Origin: Candidatus Eiseniibacteriota bacterium
Lineage (GTDB): Bacteria; Eisenbacteria; RBG-16-71-46; CAZAMP01
Length of the DNA stretch: 64,000 nucleotides
Assembly: GCA_965224245.1 (NCBI GenBank)
Contig: OZ245046.1
Span: forward strand, 3,840,001-3,904,000
Direction of reading: 5' to 3'
Both the position numbers and the translations under genes were made by a program. Below the pieces are notes generated by a model, which worked only from the letters and a program-made list of their open reading frames with translations, had not been told where the DNA came from and made no database searches. Positions 1 through 9,693 of this stretch are shown one piece after another. Position 1 is the first letter of the stretch, and each line of letters begins with the position of its first letter.

Positions 1-1365
<1,365 letters not shown>

Positions 1366-1450
1366 TGGGGACCCCTGTCACACGACGTTGTGCCTCGCCT
1401 CGACCGACGCCCGGCGATGGTACAGAATTCACAACGCGCTGACACCGGGA

Positions 1451-1557
1451 AAGCCCGCGTGAGGTGTGCCTCGCGCGAAGCCCGCGTGAGGTGTGCCTCG
1501 CGCGAAGCCCGCGTGAGGTGTGCCTCGCGCGAAGCCCGCGTGAGGTGTGCCTCGCGC
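1451..1557. repeat. Tandem repeat, 4 x 27 bp, each unit a hairpin (AAGCCCGCGTGAGGTGTGCCTCGCGCG)
   Basis: Units start at 1451, 1478, 1505 and 1532 (last is 26/27 nt). Internal stem CGCGTGAGG/CCTCGCGCG around a TGTG loop. Confidence 0.95.
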
Positions 1558-1579
1558 CCTGACGCGACACCCGAGGGCA

Positions 1580-1618
1580 ACAAAAACGCCCGCCGAGGTC
1601 CCTTGTCCGGCGGGCGTC
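1580..1618 (-). terminator. Rho-independent terminator-like hairpin with U-tract on the minus strand
   Basis: Minus strand reads ACGCCCGCCG-(12 nt loop)-CGGCGGGCGT followed by TTTTGTTG. Confidence 0.65.
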
Positions 1619-1868
1619 GGTGCCGCGCGAGCACGACACTCTTGCAACACGCCGGTAAGTGTTGTCAAAGTCGGTCGATCGAGTCAAGGGAGAACGCGGC
1701 GGGGAGCGGCTCTCGCCGCGTTCGTGCGCGGGCCCGATGGAGAAATCGCTTGACAATTCGGGCCTCGGAGGGCGCTTCGACCGCGCGACGCGAGGCGCCA
1801 TTCACGCCATCGCACGGCGCGTTTCGCCGGAAAAAGACCCGGCCCGCGGTCCGATCCGAGAGGTGACC

Positions 1869-2429
1869 ATGTCGTTTCCCGATCGCGACGAAGCGTTGAA
1901 GCTGCTCCACGAATACACGCAGTCACCCGCGCTGCGGGCACATGCGCTGTCGGTCGAGGCCGCGATGCGACACTACGCGCGTCACTTCGGCCAGGACGAG
2001 GAGCGCTGGGGCGTCACCGGGCTCCTGCACGATTTCGACTACGAGCGCCATCCCGACCTGGCCGATCACCCGACGAAGGGTGCCGAGATCCTGCGCGAGC
2101 GAGGCTACGACGAGGAGCTCGTCACCGCGATCCTGGGGCACGCCCCGCACACGGGCGTGGCGCGCGACACGGCGATGGCCCGAACGCTCTTCGCGGTGGA
2201 CGAGCTGTGCGGCTTCATCAGCGCGGTGGCGGTCGTACGGCCTTCGAAGAAGGTCCGCGACGTGAAGGTCTCGTCGGTGAAGAAGAAGCTGAAGACGTCG
2301 GCGTTCGCGCGAAACGTGTCGCGCGAGGACATCCGGACCGGTGCCGAGGAGCTCGGCATCGACCTCGACACGCACATCCAGCACTGCCTGGACGCAATGA
2401 CCGAGGTGGCCGACTCGCTGGGGCTGTGA
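1869..2429 (+). CDS. HD/HDIG-domain metal-dependent phosphohydrolase
   Basis: LRAHALSVEAAM, GLLHDFDYE, ILGH and LFAVDELCG motifs. GAGG RBS before ATG 1869. Confidence 0.9.
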   Translation: MSFPDRDEALKLLHEYTQSPALRAHALSVEAAMRHYARHFGQDEERWGVTGLLHDFDYERHPDLADHPTKGAEILRERGYDEELVTAILGHAPHTGVARDTAMARTLFAVDELCGFISAVAVVRPSKKVRDVKVSSVKKKLKTSAFARNVSREDIRTGAEELGIDLDTHIQHCLDAMTEVADSLGL

Positions 2430-2496
2430 CCGGATCGAGCCGGCGGACCGGACGTCCCGGAGACGGTGAGTGGGCCGGGGCGACCGGCCGGGGCGA

Positions 2497-3054
2497 TCAG
2501 TCGATCGTGACGAGAAGGCTCAGCGAGGGGACGTTGGCCGCCACGTTGAACTCGTCCGAGTCGGCCACGACGAAGAGGTAGACGTCGCTGGCGGTGATCA
2601 GGTCGACGAAGGCGTCGAAGTTCGCGCCGTCGATCGGGTAGCTCCGCGCGTCGATCTGAACCGCCGACAGCGGCGCGACCCGGATCGCCTGGGTGATCGG
2701 GACGCCTTCGCGCACCAGCCGCGCCCGGTTGGCCAGCCGCTCGCGATGCGCGTAGACGGTCACGTCGGCCACCGTGTCGTCTGCGTTCTGAAGCTGCACG
2801 AACAGCGAGACCTCCTCGACGCCGACGACGCTCCCGGAGCGGAACTCGGGAATCTGCGAGCGGATCGGCACGAGCGACGCGATGAGCGTGTCGGGGTTCG
2901 TCTCCGCGCTCTGTCCCGCCCACGCCCGGAAGTCGGCCAGGTCCACGGTGTGACGCTGGAGGTCGCTGCCGAAGCACCCGGCGAGCGCCGGTACGAGGAC
3001 GGCGACGAGGATCGTGGTCGCCAGCGCGCGACCCCTGGTGGAGATCGTCGTCAT
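2497..3054 (-). CDS. Hypothetical lipoprotein
   Basis: Signal peptide with LAGC lipobox. Start overlaps the stop of the upstream beta-barrel gene. Confidence 0.75.
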   Translation of the reverse strand: MTTISTRGRALATTILVAVLVPALAGCFGSDLQRHTVDLADFRAWAGQSAETNPDTLIASLVPIRSQIPEFRSGSVVGVEEVSLFVQLQNADDTVADVTVYAHRERLANRARLVREGVPITQAIRVAPLSAVQIDARSYPIDGANFDAFVDLITASDVYLFVVADSDEFNVAANVPSLSLLVTID

Positions 3055-3671
3055 CGGTAACCCAGATCGAACGAGAGCCCGGCCAGCACCGAGATGCTCG
3101 CGCGTGATCCGCCTTGCTCGAGCGAGATCCGCGTGGCCCGGGCCTGAACGTCCAGATGCAGCCCCGGGCGCATCTCGACGACGCCCCCGAGGCCGAGGTC
3201 CAGACCGATCCGGTCCGCGTCGGGGCTCTCGTCCTTGCGAAGAAAGTACAGACCGGCCCCGAGCGAGGCATACGGCGCGTACGCGCGGCGGTGCCCCACC
3301 TCACCCCCGACGACGACGGCGACGCGGGGGGCCGTGATGCTCCACTCCTGGACCTCCTGTGCGACACCCCGGACACGGTAGGGCCCACGGTCCATGTTGA
3401 CGTAGAGGAACTCGGCCTCGATCTCAGCGAGCGGGTGGACGGGAACGCGAACGCGAGCCCCGACGGTCACGTCGTCGGTGGCGTCGTCCTGCTCGAGCGG
3501 CTGGTGGTATCCGATGTAGCCGCCCAGCTCGACCGCGGTGGCCGCACCGGGGAGGGCGGCCGAGAGGAGCACGGCGGCCAGCGGCGCGACGACGGCGCCG
3601 AGCACCGGCCTTCGAGGTGCGGCGTCGAGACGCACCGCGTCGACGTCGTGTTCCCGAAGCGACCTCGTCAC
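3051..3671 (-). CDS. Outer-membrane beta-barrel protein (OmpA/OmpW-like, about 8 strands)
   Basis: Signal peptide, amphipathic strands (PYASLGAGLYFL, GLDLGLGGVV) and C-terminal VLAGLSFDL. Start uncertain. Confidence 0.75.
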   Translation of the reverse strand: MTRSLREHDVDAVRLDAAPRRPVLGAVVAPLAAVLLSAALPGAATAVELGGYIGYHQPLEQDDATDDVTVGARVRVPVHPLAEIEAEFLYVNMDRGPYRVRGVAQEVQEWSITAPRVAVVVGGEVGHRRAYAPYASLGAGLYFLRKDESPDADRIGLDLGLGGVVEMRPGLHLDVQARATRISLEQGGSRASISVLAGLSFDLGYR

Positions 3672-3809
3672 CGCTCTCGTCCTCTCCCACTCTCGCCGAG
3701 CCGCCCGTCTGCGTCCGGCGGAGCTATACCATGCGTCCGGGGGCCGTGCCAGCCGCGTCGAAACGTCGACGGCCGGCGCCCCCGTTCAGAACGCCGGCCC
3801 GATTCGTGA

Positions 3810-3834
3810 GGTTCCCGCCCGCTGGGCGGGAACC
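3810..3834 (-). terminator. Perfect hairpin downstream of the 3840-4481 gene
   Basis: GGTTCCCGCCC-GCT-GGGCGGGAACC just past the stop codon. No U-tract. Confidence 0.45.
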
Positions 3835-3839
3835 CGGGA

Positions 3840-4481
3840 CTAGTAGAGCGCCTTGATCTGCGCCCAGGAGGCGTCGATCGTCGGAACCTCGCCCTCGCAG
3901 CGATCGCCGCACACGGGGACCGTGCCCGCGACGAGCGCGGCCGAGGCCAGGTTGTTCTCGCAGATCGTGTACAGGGCCGCGGCGCAGTCCGCCCACTGAG
4001 CCTCACCGATGCGCGGGTCGGTCGTGACCGCCATGTCGCCCGCATCCCCGTCGGCAACCGAGAAGAAGCCGACGCGCGCGGCGCCGCCGCTGGGCGCGTA
4101 GCAGCCTTCCGACCACGTGACGGCGTTCCCGCTGCCGGACGCCGGCCACGTGCCGTCGGGGATCTCCGAGCCGCCGGTGCAGAGCGTCCAGCCGTTCTGC
4201 GTCACGCCGGTGTACTCGATGCCGAACTGCGCGCCGCCGATGCCGCCGCCGGTGAACCCACCCTCGTGGGTGGCGACGATCCACACGAACGCGGTCCCGT
4301 CCAGGCCGGGCGTCGTCAGATCCGAGCATGCGGACGCGTCGATGAAGTCGAACAACGGGTCGCCGCAGCCCGAGTAGCTGGCGCCGGTGATCGCGAGGTT
4401 GAAGTTGGCCTCGACGTCGGTCTCCGCCATCGCGGAGCCGGCGAACGAGGCGAGCAGCCCGAGCGTTACCCATGTCTTCAT
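3840..4481 (-). CDS. Secreted Cys-containing hypothetical protein with C-terminal PTIDASWAQIKALY motif
   Basis: Sec signal peptide (MKTWVTLGLLASFAGSAMA), GGAGG RBS, strong GC3 bias. Confidence 0.85.
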   Translation of the reverse strand: MKTWVTLGLLASFAGSAMAETDVEANFNLAITGASYSGCGDPLFDFIDASACSDLTTPGLDGTAFVWIVATHEGGFTGGGIGGAQFGIEYTGVTQNGWTLCTGGSEIPDGTWPASGSGNAVTWSEGCYAPSGGAARVGFFSVADGDAGDMAVTTDPRIGEAQWADCAAALYTICENNLASAALVAGTVPVCGDRCEGEVPTIDASWAQIKALY

Positions 4482-4796
4482 CAGAGTACCTCCGAGGTTC
4501 TCGTCGAACCCTCGAGTGGGAATCGGTGCGAGCGAAACTCACACGTGCCGTCCTCTCGATCGATCGGCGACCCTGCGGGAAAACTGTATGTCTGGTCGCC
4601 TCCTCGGAGGGTCGAGCCCCGGGATGCGCGACGCGCAACCGGAAGCCCTACACGTATCAATATGAAACGTATGTTCATTTCATGTGACTCACTATGAAAC
4701 ATTGGATGGGAGACCCCGAGCTCCCTGCCCGAGCGCCTGATCACGCAATCACATTTTTCACAATGGGTTACACCGAACGGCCGATGCCGGAGACGC

Positions 4797-4813
4797 TTGG
4801 CACGCGTACTGCT
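4797..4813 (+). promoter_or_regulatory. sigma54 (RpoN) -24/-12 promoter upstream of hsp20
   Basis: TTGGCACGCGTACTGCT matches the TGGCACG-N4-TTGCW consensus with one mismatch. GG at 4799-4800 and GC at 4811-4812 give the exact spacing. Confidence 0.7.
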
Positions 4814-4916
4814 TTACCGATGGGCATGCGCGGCGCTCGAACGAGGGGCCGCTCAGATCAGCCAGACGAGTCAACGAACGGGATCGCGAGTCGATCCGCA
4901 ACGCAGGAGATAAGAC

Positions 4917-5342
4917 ATGCGCAGCCTCACGACCTACCGCCGTCCGAACGCGCTCCTCACCGACGTGGACCGCTTCATCGACGATTTCTTCTCGACCCCG
5001 GCCCACCGCTCGTCGAGCTGGGTGACCCCGCCGAGCGACGTCGTCGAGCGCGAGGACCGCTACCTCGTCCGGATGGACCTTCCGGGCGTACAGAAGGGCG
5101 ACATCACCATCACCGTCGAGAACGGGTCGCTCTTGATCAAGGGCACCCGTGCCAGCGAGGAGCGGAGCGACAGTGACAACGAGGTCCGGCTGGAGCGCTT
5201 CCGGGGCGAGTTCGCGCGGTCGTTCACCCTCGGAGACCGCGTGGATCCGGACAAGATCACCGCGAAGCTCGAGAACGGCGTGCTGGAGGTGTCGGTGCCG
5301 AAGGCCGAGACGGCCAAGGCCCGCCTGATCGAGGTGAAGTAG
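4917..5342 (+). CDS. Hsp20/alpha-crystallin small heat shock protein
   Basis: DLPGV, ERFRGEFARSFTL and AKLENGVLEVSVPK motifs. AGGAG RBS. Confidence 0.96.
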   Translation: MRSLTTYRRPNALLTDVDRFIDDFFSTPAHRSSSWVTPPSDVVEREDRYLVRMDLPGVQKGDITITVENGSLLIKGTRASEERSDSDNEVRLERFRGEFARSFTLGDRVDPDKITAKLENGVLEVSVPKAETAKARLIEVK

Positions 5343-5415
5343 TCGGCCCCGGGTGCGGGCGCGGCCGGCGCCCGCCCGACGAAGACGGACAACTCCCGGC
5401 TGATTGCCGGTTCGC

Positions 5416-5456
5416 GCGGTCGCGTCCGATCCCCCTCTCGGACGCGGCCGCTTTTT
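5416..5456 (+). terminator. Rho-independent terminator after hsp20
   Basis: GCGGTCGCGTCCGA-loop-TCGGACGCGGCCGC followed by TTTTT. Confidence 0.8.
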
Positions 5457-5496
5457 CGTGGCGCGCTGAAGCGCGACCCTCGCCGGCGTCGCGAGC

Positions 5497-6540
5497 CTAG
5501 AAGATCCGCTCCTCGGCGGCGGCGGAGATGGCGCTCAGCGCTCGATCCACGTGCGAGTCGTCGATGTGGCGATGAGTCACCAGCCGGATGCCGCGCCCCC
5601 ACAGATCGATCACGCGCACCTCGCGCGCGGCCAGGAATGCCACCAGCGCCTCGTACGCGGGCCGGATGCCGGCGAGCTTGAACACGACGATGTTGGTCGC
5701 GACGCGCTCGGGATCGATCTGGACGCCCTTGATGCCGGCCAGACCCTCGGCGAGCCGGCGCGCCCGCGCATGGTCGTCGGCCAGGCGCTCGATCATCTCG
5801 TGGATGGCGACCAGCCCCGCGGCGGCCAGGACGCCAGCCTGCCGCATGCCGCCACCCAGGCGTTTGCGCGCGCGGCGCGCCTCGGCGATGAACGCGTGGG
5901 TTCCGAACAGAAGCGATCCCACCGGAGCCGACAGTCCCTTGGAGAGACAGCTCATCACCGTGTCGGCCTGACGCGCGAACTCGCGGATGGGCGTGCCGGT
6001 CGCCACGTGCGCGTGCCAGAGCCGCGCCCCGTCCAGGTGGACCTTGACGCCCCGGTCCCGTGCGAGCTCGTAGAGCTCGGTCATCAGCGCGAGCGGAACG
6101 ATCGTGCCGCCCGCCATGTTGTTGGTGTTCTCGTAGATGATGAGCTTGGTGCGAGGGAAGTGGATGTTGTCGGGGCGGATGGTGTTCTCGAGCGCTTCCA
6201 GGCCCGGGATGCCCGCCTCGGAGGGAACCGTGCGCGTCTGCACGCCCGCGAACGCGCCGGCACCGCCGGTCTCGAAGTGGAACGAGTGGGCGTTCTCTTC
6301 GAGGAGGATCTCGTCGCCGGGCTCGGTCTGGACGAGGATCGCCGCGAGGTTCCCCATGACGCCGCTCGGCACGAACAGCGCCGCCTCCTTGCCGAAGAGC
6401 ACCGCCGCGGACTCCTCGAGCTTGATGACCGTGGGGTCGTCTCCGAAGACGTCGTCTCCCAGCTCCGCCGACGCCATCGCGCGTATCATCGATCCGGTCG
6501 GTCTGGTGACCGTGTCGCTGCGGAAGTCGGCGATCGTCAT
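5497..6540 (-). CDS. ltaE: Low-specificity L-threonine aldolase (PLP-dependent)
   Basis: DFRSDTVTRPT, GDDVFGDDPT, HLDGARL, CLSKGLSAPVGS and KRLGGGMRQAG motifs. Confidence 0.95.
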   Translation of the reverse strand: MTIADFRSDTVTRPTGSMIRAMASAELGDDVFGDDPTVIKLEESAAVLFGKEAALFVPSGVMGNLAAILVQTEPGDEILLEENAHSFHFETGGAGAFAGVQTRTVPSEAGIPGLEALENTIRPDNIHFPRTKLIIYENTNNMAGGTIVPLALMTELYELARDRGVKVHLDGARLWHAHVATGTPIREFARQADTVMSCLSKGLSAPVGSLLFGTHAFIAEARRARKRLGGGMRQAGVLAAAGLVAIHEMIERLADDHARARRLAEGLAGIKGVQIDPERVATNIVVFKLAGIRPAYEALVAFLAAREVRVIDLWGRGIRLVTHRHIDDSHVDRALSAISAAAEERIF

Positions 6541-6752
6541 CGGTCTCCCCCCAAGTCCCCTTGGCGGCCATGCGCGGGCGATCGGCCCGACCGCGTGCGA
6601 TCGGTCCGGCGGCGCGTGACCGGGGAGACTAACATGCTCGCACTCGGTGCGTTAGCGGCGCCGCCAGAATGTTCTGTCACCCGCCCGCGGGTCGCCTCTA
6701 TACTCCCCACCCTGAAATTCAGGCTCAACCCGGCTTCCTGGAGGAATGCTCG

Positions 6753-6938
6753 ATGCCGTCGACCGAACGCCAGCGTGAGATTCGCCGCCGCCGACACCGT
6801 CGCCGGAAAGCGCTCAAGCGCCGTTTGAAGCAGCTGATCGCCGAGGGTCGCAAGAGCAAGCGCAAGTCCGCGCCCAAGGCTCCGGCCAAGTCCGAGCCCG
6901 CGACGGCCCCCGCCGCCGACACCGAAGAGAAGTCCTAG
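6753..6938 (+). CDS. Small basic protein (DUF6800-like)
   Basis: MPSTERQREIRRRRHRRRKALK. GGAGGA RBS, TATACT -10 upstream and a hairpin just downstream. Confidence 0.75.
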   Translation: MPSTERQREIRRRRHRRRKALKRRLKQLIAEGRKSKRKSAPKAPAKSEPATAPAADTEEKS

Positions 6939-7082
6939 CGTCCACGCGCACCTCGCGCGTGGATCCCGCCCCCGCCGGCGGGGCGCCACACCCTCGCCGT
7001 CCGAACCGCCGCGATCACGCGGCGCACGGATCGCCTGTGCGGTCGCCGTGCCGGCGTCGCGCCCGGTCGCGAGGGAGAGTCC

Positions 7083-7658
7083 GTGAAGATCGCCTTCATC
7101 GGTACGCACGGCACGGGCAAGACCACCCTCTGCTTTCGACTGGCCGCGCACCTGAAGATGCTCGACCTCCGGGTCGAGCTCGTCAAGGAGGTCGCGAGGC
7201 GCTCCCCGCTGCCGCTGAACCGTGAGACGACCCTCGACGCGCAGCGGTGGATCCTCCACACGCAGATCGCCGCCGAGATCGCGGCGACCGACGGCCACGA
7301 CGTGGTCGTCTGTGACCGATCGGCTCTCGACAACTACGCGTACCTCGTCCACCGGGTCGGTCGGCTCGACGTGCTCGACGCCCTCGTATCCGAGTGGATG
7401 GACACGTACACCGCTCTGTTCCACATCCCCGTGTTGATGGGGCCGCGATTCGACGGCGTCCGCGACACGTCGCCGGCCTATCAGCGGGAGATCGAGAGCG
7501 TCATCGACACGCTGGTGGCCGACTTCGGCGTGACCGTGACCCGCCTCTCGTCGACCGATGCCGACACGTGGCTCCCGACGGTGCTCCGGACGCTCGCGCT
7601 CCCGCTCGAGCCCCCGCAACTTCGGCTCTTCGGCGACGCCCCCGAACCGACGGAGTGA
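7083..7658 (+). CDS. P-loop NTPase, AAA_28/NadR-Ttd14-like nucleotide-kinase fold
   Basis: KIAFIGTHGTGKTT Walker A, EVAR, VVVCDRSALDNYAY and DGVRD motifs. Confidence 0.88.
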   Translation: MKIAFIGTHGTGKTTLCFRLAAHLKMLDLRVELVKEVARRSPLPLNRETTLDAQRWILHTQIAAEIAATDGHDVVVCDRSALDNYAYLVHRVGRLDVLDALVSEWMDTYTALFHIPVLMGPRFDGVRDTSPAYQREIESVIDTLVADFGVTVTRLSSTDADTWLPTVLRTLALPLEPPQLRLFGDAPEPTE

Positions 7659-7742
7659 CGGGACGCCCGGAGCAAGGTGCGCAGCGCCCGGTCACGAGAT
7701 CGGGAGGGAGCGGCCCACGACGGATGGGCGGACCGGCGCGGC

Positions 7743-9593
7743 TCAGGGAGCGATCGTGATCTTCCGGGTCGACTCGTGCCCGGCGGACCACACGCGAACG
7801 AAGTAGACGCCGGCAGCCGCGGCATCGTCGCGCGGTCGCGCGTCCCAGGTCAGCGGACGCCCCGCCGCCGAGTGAAGCTCGGACGACACACGCCGCCCCC
7901 GTGAGTCGAACACGACCGCGGTGACCGCGGCGTCGCCGGGCACCGCGATGGTCACCGCCCGCCCACGCGGCGACGGATTGGGATGAACGCGAAGCGCGAG
8001 CGGCTCTCCCGACGACGACGGCGGCGCGCCCAGGATGCCCTCCGCCTCCACGACGTAGACCGCTCCGGTGTCCGAGCCGGCGGCACCGTCGAACCCCGGT
8101 GCGCCCACGGCGAGATCGGTGGCGCCGACGCGCGAGACGTTCGTCACGAACGCGAGCGCGGTGCCCGCCTCGTCGCCGGCGCGGGTGCCCCGGTACTGTC
8201 GATCGGCCACCGTCCCCACCCCACCGCCGGCCGGGAACGATCCGCCGAAGACCAGGTAGACGACGCCGGCCGCCTCGCGGCCGGCGGGGCTCGCGCCGGG
8301 TGCGCCCAGTGCCAGGTCCTCGAGGCCGTCCGCGTCGAAGTCGCCGCCGGCGGCCACCCCGAAGCCGAGCACGTCGCCGTCGATCGCGCCGGTCAGCCGG
8401 GTCGCGGCGCCGGTGCGTGCGTCGAGCGAGATGGGTGAGCCCAGGGCGCGACCGGCGAACAGGTACACCGCGCCGCGGAACGTTCCCCCGGCGCCCACGA
8501 ACGGGGCGCCGACCGCCAGGTCGGCGGCGCCTCCGCCGTTCAGATCGGACTCCATCGCCAGCGCGTGACCGAACCCGTCGAAGTCGTTCGCGCCGGCGAT
8601 CGTGACGTCGGCGTCCCCCGTCGAGAGGTGAGACGGGAGGCCGGCGCGCCCGCGAAACACGTACGCAGCGCCCGCGCGAAACCGGGAGAGCGGGCTGTCG
8701 CTCGGCGCCCCCACCACGAGATCGTCGGTGCCGTCCCCGTCGAAGTCGCCGGTCGAGACGGCGTGACCGAATCCGCTCTCCGGCTCGGACGAGACGATGT
8801 GCACGTCCGCGTCGGCGGTGGTCAACGACGTGCCGGGGAGGAAGCCGGCATCGCCGAAGAACACGAACACCTCGCCGGTGGAGATGCCGCCGCCCTGGCC
8901 GAGCGGTGCGCCGATCACGAGGTCGTCGAGGCCGTCGTCGTTCAGGTCGGCGGTCAGATCGACCGCGGCGCCCGTGTGATCGACGGACTCCTCGCCGTCG
9001 ATGCGGACGTCCGCCCCGTCGACCGACAGCGAGTCGAGCCCGCCGCGCGCGTCCAGGAACACGAACACCGCGCCGGCATCGAACGCACCCGCCGGATCGG
9101 CGCCCCGTGCCCCGAGGACGAGATCGCGCCGCCCATCCCCGTCCAGGTCGCCGGCGGACACGTCGAACGCCAGGCGATCGCCCGCGGTCGTTCCGACGAA
9201 CGTGCGATTCGCTCCGGCGAGATCGTAGACGCCGGGCGCCACCGGAGGCTCCACGAGAAACGCAGCGCCCGCGGCCGAGAGGCCCTCCGGATCGGCCAGA
9301 TCCGCGCCGATCACGAGCGCGGCGTCGAGCGGGACGTGGAGCTCGCCCAGGTCGGCCACGGCCCGACCCACGGCCTTTTCCGCACCCGGGCCTTCGAACC
9401 GGAACGCGGCGTCGGACAGCTCGTCGGCGACGGCGTGCCGTCCCGACGCGCCGGCGAACGCGAGCGCCACACACAGTGCGACCCCTGCCGTGCGTGTCGG
9501 GGAGCCTTTCGTGCGCGACACGACGATCCCCGGGCGCAGGCGGCCGACCGGGCGCGGATTGGTCGATTCGGGGGACTCTGATACTCTGGTCAT
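7743..9593 (-). CDS. FG-GAP (integrin-alpha-like beta-propeller) repeat protein with C-terminal FlgD/T9SS-like domain
   Basis: Repeated GDxDGDGxxDLVxGAP...GAVY/F units. C-terminal VHPNPS...VFDSRGRRV...WD...GVYFVRV. Start uncertain; the longer upstream ORF overlaps the opposite gene. Confidence 0.88.
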   Translation of the reverse strand: MTRVSESPESTNPRPVGRLRPGIVVSRTKGSPTRTAGVALCVALAFAGASGRHAVADELSDAAFRFEGPGAEKAVGRAVADLGELHVPLDAALVIGADLADPEGLSAAGAAFLVEPPVAPGVYDLAGANRTFVGTTAGDRLAFDVSAGDLDGDGRRDLVLGARGADPAGAFDAGAVFVFLDARGGLDSLSVDGADVRIDGEESVDHTGAAVDLTADLNDDGLDDLVIGAPLGQGGGISTGEVFVFFGDAGFLPGTSLTTADADVHIVSSEPESGFGHAVSTGDFDGDGTDDLVVGAPSDSPLSRFRAGAAYVFRGRAGLPSHLSTGDADVTIAGANDFDGFGHALAMESDLNGGGAADLAVGAPFVGAGGTFRGAVYLFAGRALGSPISLDARTGAATRLTGAIDGDVLGFGVAAGGDFDADGLEDLALGAPGASPAGREAAGVVYLVFGGSFPAGGGVGTVADRQYRGTRAGDEAGTALAFVTNVSRVGATDLAVGAPGFDGAAGSDTGAVYVVEAEGILGAPPSSSGEPLALRVHPNPSPRGRAVTIAVPGDAAVTAVVFDSRGRRVSSELHSAAGRPLTWDARPRDDAAAAGVYFVRVWSAGHESTRKITIAP

Positions 9594-9693
9594 CCGCACG
9601 CTCGAGACTCGGTCCGTGACGCGAACGCACCGAGCACCGGCCTCTGCGGTCGCGAATGCCGTCGGTGAGTGCCACACACGCTGGAACATCCGA

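Noticed and set aside
1451-1557. CRISPR array
   Set aside because: The repeats are contiguous with no spacers, and no cas genes are in the window.
4650-4916. CIRCE or HAIR heat-shock operator
   Set aside because: Neither TTAGCACTC-N9-GAGTGCTAA nor CTTGAGT-N7-ACTCAAG is present.
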